Positions 10,601 through 17,915 of a DNA stretch of 64,000 nucleotides are shown in pieces. Within the stretch, counting starts at the first letter, position 1. Each line of letters begins with the position of its first letter. Under the pieces are notes generated by a model. It was not told the DNA's origin and searched no databases. It saw only the letters and a list, made by a program, of their open reading frames with translations. The position numbers and the translations under genes were made by a program. The stretch comes from Candidatus Poribacteria bacterium (GTDB lineage: Bacteria; Poribacteria; WGA-4E; PCPOR2b), in the NCBI GenBank assembly GCA_965215015.1, contig OZ244042.1, forward strand, positions 3,104,001-3,168,000, read 5' to 3'.

Positions 10601-10698
10601 TCGATATTCAGAATCCAGAAGATTACGGCAGACTAGAGCAGCGATCTGAGGAATGGCGTTCAAATGGCCAGAACCGTGATCAGGATTCGCCGGATTAA
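7612..10698 (+). CDS. gspD: Secretin GspD with N0 plus six N-domain repeats
   Basis: Repeated 'xxIxLxxAxA...D..(S/L)N(S/A)L(I/L)' domains. C-terminal secretin domain 'KVPILGDIPFIGGLFK...IIITPHII'. Confidence 0.93.
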   Translation: MTMCFQQSRCYKYLTRSSGALRKVGIQLNRRHQDAVDSSHSTVKVLILLILSISIGCITGPFATLVLAQENNQRGMEVVERDEEGKAIRFNFDFPSGNLQSLIKFISAETNLTIIASENDIKEKKFALTNLKNVTIDETLEEIKTVLAQYDLTMIRTNNTLLITTFEKAVKMKVPVKRIVADPNLIEQTDEIQTYIIQLNSAVASELVNSLKPLLSKAANIFADGNSNSLIITDVASNIHRIATILQAADEAPETPLKVEIIPLHNATAASLARTLNDVFQQEGEVANLLRKMSSTSKPEEMQEMIERAREQGGSIDMIRGRIQISADESSNSLIVKASEANLVVLKNLIQQLDTAPSVQTEIKIFRLNFAIAQDVAQTLEELITGVSAGRRPGRNAEWWERREWERTRRNMMQRRAEGEQDYQSIVGTVNISSSDRLNAVLISSDPRNFPIIEKIIAQLDQADPQEEIRIYFLKFAEAQSLSDSLRDLFEGGDSGRNEDLPWWWRRDEERRGSEGGFGVQGDVHLVPDTRLNALLVSTASQNFETIDGLIKRLDVNMPDQEWGTHIYKLEHADAENVANIINNVYQGTNNRSGGFFFFVPGRARNQNQGALAGNVTAEAYPTLNAVIISTATQRNFALITQFVEELDTPTPEGQREVTKLIRLEYANAEEVEDLLEDVWGEDSEDDGGRFNFGRFLARGGTLEQNDINSLRGQVQVEADNQTNSVLVTTAQRYMTEVEAMIRELDFVRGQVWIDIQILEVTLDESTKLGVELTARERGLFGAEVRGGNPLVGEFGAELGLNQEISGFNISLATKEYMALLHTLMRENKVQTISTPALLTRDNREATWNSGRRVPYLQSADVTSLADNLTQPLFNYDFIDPPVGVTITITPHIAKSQTKDSKKRTIGLDISQITLSNFVEFTDFNAPITEDSSISAFIDVEDGQQIVVGGMIKEKRQQIESKVPILGDIPFIGGLFKKTETVTENSEVVIIITPHIIDIQNPEDYGRLEQRSEEWRSNGQNRDQDSPD

Positions 10699-10787
10699 TA
10701 AGTCGTAGAATCTCGGCCTGTGATCAGAAATAAAAAAAAAGACAAAGGTGATTATTTGTTTTCTCTTATGAATTCTTTAACCTCAAA

Positions 10788-10969
10788 GAGCCCATTTAAA
10801 AATCTATTTATTTGAGTTCAGTTGGATTAAAACGGTAGACTGTAGACATAAAAGTATCAGACCTAGGAAATCAAATCTGGTGTCAGCGATATCAACTCGT
10901 TTCCACGGGGATGATACCGCTTTTTTGTGTATATGATACGATACTGCTCCTTCTTATTCAAAACGGCTC
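10788..10969. mobile_element. Possible degenerate MITE with GAGCC-type ends
   Basis: GAGCCCATTTAAAA ... TTCAAAACGGCTC imperfect inverted ends. Only one copy seen in the window. Confidence 0.3.
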
Positions 10970-11133
10970 AGGTTCCTTGTTTCATAGGCGCAAAATCAGC
11001 GAAGTTAAAAATATCGTACCGTAATCATTCACTTAAAAAAGAGCGTAAATCGTGAACTTCTTACCTTTTCTCAAGCTGGATGAAGAGAATTATTCACGTT
11101 TCAAAATTATCAAATACAACAACTATTGAAGCT

Positions 11134-12408
11134 ATGAAAAAAACAGATGCAACTCAGAGTCGAAATTATGATGTAATCGTTATCGGCGGTGGCCCCGGCG
11201 GCTGTGCCACGGCAACGTTGGTGGCAGAAAAAGGACACCGAGTGCTGCTTTTGGAACGGGATCAATCCTCCCAATTCAAAATAGGCGAATCGCTGATGCC
11301 AGCGACCTACTGGACATTTAAGCGATTGGGTGTCCTAGGAAAGCTGCAAGGTAGTCACTTTCCCAAAAAGCATAGTGTCCAATTTTATTCCAGTTCTGGT
11401 AAAGCATCTGCGCCCTTCTACTTTTACCGAAACGATCCTCACGAGTCTTCCGTGACGTGGCAAGTGTTACGCAGCGAGTTTGACCAGATGCTGCTCGAAA
11501 ACGTACAGGAAAAAGGGGCCGAAGTCCAACGCGGCGTCAGTGTCCACGAGGTGTTATTTGACGGAGACAGGGCTGTCGGTGTCCGAGCAAAACGTGCGGA
11601 TGGAAGGATAGAAGAATATTCAGCAAAAGTAGTTGTGGATTCGACAGGTCAAAGTGCCTTGATTTCGAGGAAGTTAAAGATAAATACCATAGAACCAAAA
11701 CTGAAAAAAGCGTCAATCTTTACCCACTTTGAGGGAGGGATTCGGGACCAAGGAATTGATGAAGGCGCGACGTTAATTCTCCACACGGAGAACAAGGATT
11801 CGTGGTTCTGGTATATTCCGCTCCCCTATGATCATGTGAGTGTTGGTGTCGTGGGCGATCTGGGATATCTCCTGCAAGACCGAAGGGGGGCTGATGGCAC
11901 CCTCTCCCATCAAGCGATTTTTGATGAAGAACTCGCGAAGTGCCCTGCCTTGCAGCCACGGATCGCTGGTGCTAAACAACTGTTTCCGGTCAAGGTTACA
12001 AAGGACTTCTCGTATCGCGCCAACCGTATTGCGGGAAACGGTTGGGTACTGGTAGGGGATGCATTCGGTTTTCTCGATCCTGTCTACTCCTCTGGGTTAT
12101 TTCTCGCACTCAAATCCGGCGAGATGGCAGCGGACACCATCAATGAAGCGTTTGAAAAAGAGGATTTTTCGGCAGAGCAGTTGGGAGGTTTTGGTGCCGA
12201 CTTTGTGGCGGGAATGGAAGCGATTCGTAAACTGGTATACGCCTTCTATACAAAAGACTTCAGTTTCGCAAGGTTCTTGAAACGGTTTCCAGAATGCCAG
12301 CAGGGCATCGTTGACATCCTCAGCGGCAATGTATATAAAAAAAATGTCACCGGCATTTTCGGTCCGATGGCGAAGATGTGTCCCCTGCCGGAGGATAGGC
12401 ATTTTTAA
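11134..12408 (+). CDS. Flavin-dependent halogenase-like FAD oxidoreductase
   Basis: GGGPGG, 'IGESL', 'WFWYIP' (WxWxIP) and 'GDAFGFLDPVYSSG'. Confidence 0.8.
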   Translation: MKKTDATQSRNYDVIVIGGGPGGCATATLVAEKGHRVLLLERDQSSQFKIGESLMPATYWTFKRLGVLGKLQGSHFPKKHSVQFYSSSGKASAPFYFYRNDPHESSVTWQVLRSEFDQMLLENVQEKGAEVQRGVSVHEVLFDGDRAVGVRAKRADGRIEEYSAKVVVDSTGQSALISRKLKINTIEPKLKKASIFTHFEGGIRDQGIDEGATLILHTENKDSWFWYIPLPYDHVSVGVVGDLGYLLQDRRGADGTLSHQAIFDEELAKCPALQPRIAGAKQLFPVKVTKDFSYRANRIAGNGWVLVGDAFGFLDPVYSSGLFLALKSGEMAADTINEAFEKEDFSAEQLGGFGADFVAGMEAIRKLVYAFYTKDFSFARFLKRFPECQQGIVDILSGNVYKKNVTGIFGPMAKMCPLPEDRHF

Positions 12409-12468
12409 TGTGTAAAGACAAGATCTTATGTATTACAAATTATTCTTTAAGGAATAGACCTGAGTGAG

Positions 12469-14499
12469 TCAACGTGCTATCCGAGCCCTGACCACATTGA
12501 GACGACGCTGCACAGAATGGTGTTGATTTGGATTTGGATTGATTTTGATGAATTTTTCCCATAATGCCACCGCCTCAGCCGCAAATCCTTGTGATAGATA
12601 GTATTCACCGAGCGCGAGAGACACAGTATCCGAATAGGGGTCTTTTTCCATAGACGCTTCAAAGGCAGCACGCGCGGTATCCATCTCTCCTTTGAGCGTA
12701 GCAAGCTGTCCCTGCCCGTATAGTGTCAGCGAGTGATCGGAATATTCGGCGGCAAGCGTATCTATAATCGTTTGTGCTTCACCTTCCATTCCACTTTTGT
12801 AGGCAGCCATTGCTGCATGAATCGTCGCGTAAATGCTCTGGTTATTGAACATTTGCTCCTTGAATCGGCTCGTGGTTGCTCTTTTTTTGCGTTGAGCGAT
12901 ACGTGCGGCAGCTTCGTATTTCGATTTTGCCCGGTGGAAGTTGCCATACTTGTAACAAATATCGCCCAGTGCCTTTTCCGCGGCGTAAGTGGTTTCAACG
13001 GAAAAGGTATTATTGTTTTGCGTGTCAACAAGCCTTTGGAAGATTTCGGCACTCGCTGTATCGTTCAATCGATAGTGAAGCACTTCAGCAAGGCTTTGAA
13101 GCGCATCGGTGTAGTTCGTGTCAGCGGCAATAGCGCGTTCAAAGTACTCCCGCTCTTTTTTTACCTCCCCCATCCTCTTGTAAACCAACCCAAGCCTCCA
13201 GTAAAGCACCGGCGTTTTGGTAGAGCTCAATCCTAAAACAGAGTTATAGGTTTCAATGGCTTTTTTATACTCTCCATTGACGTATTGGCTGGCACCCGAT
13301 GTGATGATGGAATCAAGTATCTTTTTGTCTTTTTTTAATGCCTCTTTTAACACTTTACGTGCCCACTGATGCAGTCCTAGCTTGCGGTAGCAGATAGATA
13401 AGGATACATAGTGATACGGAGCCACTTTTGCTTCATATTGCTCTGCGAGCTTGATTCCTTTGTGGTACAGTGCTCCAGCGTCGCGATAATTTTCGCCTTG
13501 GAACATCGCATTGGCAATCATCAACATAGCATCGAAATAAGTGCCCTGCCCATCCATCTCGACCGGTCCAAAGGCTTTCATGGCTTCTTGAGGACTCACG
13601 TCGAAACCGGAATCTGCAACTAAGTCTGAATCATCCATTACAGGACTAAATCTAATCCTATGTTTCAAACGGTCTCGTTCACGGCGTTCTTTTTGCCGCT
13701 CCAACATCCGATCTCGTTGTGATGCGAACGGCGGATCCGGTTCAGGGATACTTGCCCCCATTAATCGGAGTTCCTGTTTTGCTGCTTCAATAGTTTCTTC
13801 AGTTCCCTCGATTCTACCGTAACGTTTGACAAGGAGCTGATAGGTTTGCTTTGCTTTTTTGCTATCTTTTAGAAACTCTTTTTGAATTCGGGCTTTATTG
13901 ATGAGTGCCTGTCCCGCACGTTTTCCATCTGGATGGCGGTTTGCAACATTGTCGTAAATTTCCGTCGCTTTCTCAAAGTTTCCAGAATTCTCGTGGCTCT
14001 TTGCAAGCATTAGTTGGGCGTTATGGCTGCGCTCAAGGTGCGGAAATTGGTTGACAATCGTGTCAAAGGATTTCTGTGCCGATTCATAATCCGCCACTTT
14101 GAAATAGTAAACTCCCAAGCGATAGTGCGCCTCTGCTGTTTGCTCGCTGGCAGGTGCAGCGGCAATCAGGTTTTGGTAGATCTTCACACCCACTGCCGGT
14201 CGATTCATTTTATTAATATATAACTCACCGATGGCTAATTCTACCCTGAGAGTCTCTGGCACTCCCGGTTTTGCATCAATTGCCGCTTGGTAAATATCAA
14301 CCGCACCTTGATAGTCCCCCTCTTGGATGCGCTGTTCCACCAGTTCGTGGGTACTTGTTGAAAGACAGGCATACTGCATAGTCCCTATCATGACAACTAA
14401 AACCAATATTTTAAGTCTCTGCCACAATATAGGTTGAGTTGGGTGAATAGCGTTACCCACCCAACTCACATTCAGCTGCTTAAACCGAATGGGTTTCAT
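12469..14499 (-). CDS. Tetratricopeptide-repeat protein, probable lipoprotein
   Basis: Many TPR helices (e.g. 'AEAHYRLGVYYFKVADYESAQKSF'). Hydrophobic stretch ending 'QYAC'. Confidence 0.85.
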   Translation of the reverse strand: MKPIRFKQLNVSWVGNAIHPTQPILWQRLKILVLVVMIGTMQYACLSTSTHELVEQRIQEGDYQGAVDIYQAAIDAKPGVPETLRVELAIGELYINKMNRPAVGVKIYQNLIAAAPASEQTAEAHYRLGVYYFKVADYESAQKSFDTIVNQFPHLERSHNAQLMLAKSHENSGNFEKATEIYDNVANRHPDGKRAGQALINKARIQKEFLKDSKKAKQTYQLLVKRYGRIEGTEETIEAAKQELRLMGASIPEPDPPFASQRDRMLERQKERRERDRLKHRIRFSPVMDDSDLVADSGFDVSPQEAMKAFGPVEMDGQGTYFDAMLMIANAMFQGENYRDAGALYHKGIKLAEQYEAKVAPYHYVSLSICYRKLGLHQWARKVLKEALKKDKKILDSIITSGASQYVNGEYKKAIETYNSVLGLSSTKTPVLYWRLGLVYKRMGEVKKEREYFERAIAADTNYTDALQSLAEVLHYRLNDTASAEIFQRLVDTQNNNTFSVETTYAAEKALGDICYKYGNFHRAKSKYEAAARIAQRKKRATTSRFKEQMFNNQSIYATIHAAMAAYKSGMEGEAQTIIDTLAAEYSDHSLTLYGQGQLATLKGEMDTARAAFEASMEKDPYSDTVSLALGEYYLSQGFAAEAVALWEKFIKINPNPNQHHSVQRRLNVVRARIAR

Positions 14500-14548
14500 A
14501 CGCTACACCACCTCCTGTAGGGGATTTGGCACAATAACCCATTAGCAA

Positions 14549-15391
14549 TTAATCTACGTCACCCCAGCGGCTTGGATTCACACCGGCACCCTCTCGACTG
14601 AACATGTCCTCTGGACGATGATCAAGTTCCCAACTCCACCCTTTAGTGTTAAGTGGTTGAAGAAAAGGACGTGCGACTTCGGGTGCTTTCGCCAAATCCT
14701 CCGCATCCCATTCGTCCACCGGTTGAATAGGCGACGCCCATGCAGGTCGATAGCCGTAAAGCAATACCCGACGTATTCCGGTTGTCTCTTTGTACGGATG
14801 GGCACCGTGGAAGATACGGGGCCCAAAGAGCACCGCATCACCCGCCTTCGCCGGAAGCGCGACCTCCTCCGGATGTGTATCATATCGGATGTAAGGTTGT
14901 GCATCAGGGTGGAGACAGACGTGTGAGCGTGGGATGAGGCGGAAGGGACCGTTCTCCGGCGTGAGGTCGTCGAGATAGTACGAAGCCCGGACGATTACCG
15001 GGGCAGTCCAGAGATAACCACCGAGATTGGAACCGTAAGGATAGCCGTCGGTGTGCATAACGACGCCAATCGCGCCCGGCTCATAGTACCGGTAGCCCCC
15101 ACTGAAGAAGATGATGTCGGGCCCAATCACACGCTCCAGAAATTCAATAACCGGCGGATTGGCAATCAGTTCGCCCAAGGCATGTCCATGCCATTGAGGT
15201 TGACAAGTGGCGTTGCCCTGCCGGTCATGGTAGCTGCTGTGTTCCGTCGGGAGACGAGCAGTCTCCACTCGCAGTTGCTCAAGTTGTTCCGGCGTAAGCG
15301 CATCAGGGAGCACCACATACCCTTCGACTTCAAGATGACGAATCTGTTCAGACAGCGATAGTGCCCGCCAGTCGGTTGTAACGATATTCAT
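14549..15391 (-). CDS. Phytanoyl-CoA dioxygenase (PhyH) family Fe/2OG enzyme
   Basis: 'EGYVVLPDAL', HxD (HTD), 'NGPFRLIPRSH' and 'AGDAVLF..RIFHG'. Confidence 0.9.
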   Translation of the reverse strand: MNIVTTDWRALSLSEQIRHLEVEGYVVLPDALTPEQLEQLRVETARLPTEHSSYHDRQGNATCQPQWHGHALGELIANPPVIEFLERVIGPDIIFFSGGYRYYEPGAIGVVMHTDGYPYGSNLGGYLWTAPVIVRASYYLDDLTPENGPFRLIPRSHVCLHPDAQPYIRYDTHPEEVALPAKAGDAVLFGPRIFHGAHPYKETTGIRRVLLYGYRPAWASPIQPVDEWDAEDLAKAPEVARPFLQPLNTKGWSWELDHRPEDMFSREGAGVNPSRWGDVD

Positions 15392-15481
15392 CGCTTCCCC
15401 CTTCCGCAGATTGTATTGCTTGATGCCTCACGGCAGAAATATACAAACGGATAGATCCAATCGCTTTTTCTCAACCTTGAA

Positions 15482-16513
15482 TCACAGGGGTAGCGAAATC
15501 GCTCTGCCGGTTGTCATACTGCGCGTGACGGCTTCGGTAAATTCCATATACTTCACACCATCTTCAAAGTTAGTATGGGTGATGACTTCATGTCCATGAA
15601 TCGCACTGACGAATTCCTCCTCCACTCGCCAACCCCCTTCCTCTTCAGCGGGAATGAGAATTTCAGTAAGCGTGTCGTCATCCTTCTGTCCACCGTAGAG
15701 ATTGTTATTGGCAAACTGCAAGGTGCCTGTGCTGCCGAAGATGAACGCTTCGGGTCCGTCAACCAAACCGGCGACATTGGAAATCTGTACGTGCATTTGT
15801 GCGCCACACGCTAGGTCCGCCACGATGTCAATATGCTGTGGAATCCGAGTAGGGCGCATAACACCATCGGCATCCTTGCGCATTCTGACATAGGTTTTTC
15901 CCATTGCCATAACCGATGTTGCCTCACCGACCCAACGCAACAACGCCTCGTACCAGATTCCCATAGTCATGATATTGAAACCGCTCAAGTTGAAGTCGTC
16001 GCGCCAATGCAGAGGCGCATCAGGGTCAAGGAATGTACCACCGGCACGGACTTCAACCGCCAAAACATCACCGATATAACCGTCAGCGATGAGGCGTTTG
16101 ATAGTGTTATCCACACGCAGGGAGAACGGTGAAGGAACAATCTGCGTGACCAAATGGGTATTTTCGCGGGAGGCGTTACGCATCGCATGTGCCTCCTGTG
16201 CGTTCATCGCCATTCGCGCCTCACACATCACATGCTTGCCCGCCGCTAACCCTGCCAATGTAACGCGGCAGTGCATATAGGGCCAGGTACCGATAACGAT
16301 TGCATTGGTATCCGAGGCAGCAACCAACTCCTGCCAGTTTTCGTAGATTGTCGGGATACCGAATTGCTGTGCAACCCGCTCAGAAGATTCACGGCTGCGG
16401 TTACAGACACTGATCACTTCGACGCCATCAATTGCTTGGAGTTTTGGAATATGGTGTGTTGTGGTATTTGCGCCAGCACCGACGACACCCACACGAATTG
16501 TATCATTGCTCAT
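15482..16513 (-). CDS. Gfo/Idh/MocA family oxidoreductase
   Basis: 'IRVGVVGAG' and 'AGKHVMCEARMA'. Confidence 0.9.
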   Translation of the reverse strand: MSNDTIRVGVVGAGANTTTHHIPKLQAIDGVEVISVCNRSRESSERVAQQFGIPTIYENWQELVAASDTNAIVIGTWPYMHCRVTLAGLAAGKHVMCEARMAMNAQEAHAMRNASRENTHLVTQIVPSPFSLRVDNTIKRLIADGYIGDVLAVEVRAGGTFLDPDAPLHWRDDFNLSGFNIMTMGIWYEALLRWVGEATSVMAMGKTYVRMRKDADGVMRPTRIPQHIDIVADLACGAQMHVQISNVAGLVDGPEAFIFGSTGTLQFANNNLYGGQKDDDTLTEILIPAEEEGGWRVEEEFVSAIHGHEVITHTNFEDGVKYMEFTEAVTRSMTTGRAISLPL

Positions 16514-16657
16514 CTTTATGCTCCTTTATCGCGGAACGGGAGACCCCCGCCTTTTCAAAATAAATAAACCGAAGTTAATGGATAATCCATCGGCTCATTC
16601 TACATCCGATTGGCAAGAGAGTCAACGCCTTTTTTCCAACACTTGCCCAAAAAGGAT

Positions 16658-16686
16658 TTGACTGACGCAGTGCTCTTTAGTATGAT
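16658..16686 (+). promoter_or_regulatory. Sigma70-type promoter upstream of PhyH gene
   Basis: TTGACT-17 nt-TATGAT. Confidence 0.55.
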
Positions 16687-16724
16687 AACAACAAGGGAAA
16701 AATGCCCACCATTATTCTTCAACT

Positions 16725-16963
16725 GAGGGGTGTTCATAATAATTGTCTGAATCGCGGATTTAGCAGATGCAGCAGATTGTACGGATACAGATAGGGGGTT
16801 CAGGCACTAGATGGGACAAGATGCCCCACCGACGGGGTTGGGGATATTTTGTTTTTCCCAATTATGGTTGAGAGTTTAATGGAAGTTGCGTGTTAGCCAA
16901 GCCATATACGGTTGTGGGGTTTACAGCACGCGGATCGTGCCTACTACTCTATGAGCACAACTC
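16725..16963. mobile_element. MITE family C, copy 1
   Basis: Ends GAGGGGTGTTCATA...TATGAGCACAACTC. Reverse-complement homolog of 50146-50388. Confidence 0.8.
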
Positions 16964-17008
16964 ATTTAACCCAAGTTTCGACTACGTTTATTATTGAAAG
17001 GAAAGTAG

Positions 17009-17854
17009 ATGAACGAACGCGAAAAATTTTTATTTGACCTACAAGGTTTTCTTGTTGTAAAAAATGTCCTGACACCAGAGGAAGTTGAGGACCTCAATGC
17101 CGCTGTTGACGCAAATCTCGATAAACAGGTCGATGACGATAACTCAGCTGTCGGTGATTCTAAAACACTCGCTGGAACACACAAACGCGGTATGTTTACT
17201 GGCATGCTGTCTTGGCCCAAGCCGTGGTGCCAACCATTTCGAGATATCATCGTCCACAAGAAGGTAATTCCCTATCTAGACGCTATTCACGGCAGAGGCT
17301 GGCGGTTAGACCATTCCCCCTTTATCCTAACCTCTGACCTCGGCACCGAGGGTTTGGTTCTCCACGGTGCGACCAGCCATCACTTTTTTGGTGCGGCATA
17401 CTACATCTACACCAACGGACAGATGCGCTGTGGAATGGTGGTCCTTCAGTATCAACTTGCGAACGTTGAGGAGGGAGACGGAGGGCTCTGCGTTGTTCCG
17501 GGGAGCCACAAGGCAAACTTTCCCTGTCCACAAGAAATTAGGGAGTGGGAAGCCAATCAGGAGATTGTTTATAACGTCCCCGCCAAAGCAGGCGATATGA
17601 TCATCTTCAACGAGGCAACGATCCACGGGACACTCCCTTGGAAGAACCATGAGCACGAACGTCGTTCGTTGCTTGTCCGTTATTCGCCGAAGTATCTACA
17701 CTATGCCGGCGGCTACTATGATGTAACGTTCCCCGAATGGGCTGATGAGCTGACCGAAGCACAGCGCGCACTCTTAGAACCGCCCTACATCTACAATCGC
17801 CCGTTGCTTGAAGAAGACGGAGAAACGGTCGTCCGCCCGCGTGTTGAGTATTGA
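17009..17854 (+). CDS. Phytanoyl-CoA dioxygenase (PhyH) family protein
   Basis: 'FDLQGFLVVKNVL', 'GGLCVVPGSHK' and 'AGDMIIFNEATIHG'. Confidence 0.9.
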   Translation: MNEREKFLFDLQGFLVVKNVLTPEEVEDLNAAVDANLDKQVDDDNSAVGDSKTLAGTHKRGMFTGMLSWPKPWCQPFRDIIVHKKVIPYLDAIHGRGWRLDHSPFILTSDLGTEGLVLHGATSHHFFGAAYYIYTNGQMRCGMVVLQYQLANVEEGDGGLCVVPGSHKANFPCPQEIREWEANQEIVYNVPAKAGDMIIFNEATIHGTLPWKNHEHERRSLLVRYSPKYLHYAGGYYDVTFPEWADELTEAQRALLEPPYIYNRPLLEEDGETVVRPRVEY

Positions 17855-17915
17855 TTCAATTGTGAGTGTCCAGGGGTAGATCAGAAACGGTCCTACCGAA
17901 ACGTACAATAACGCT

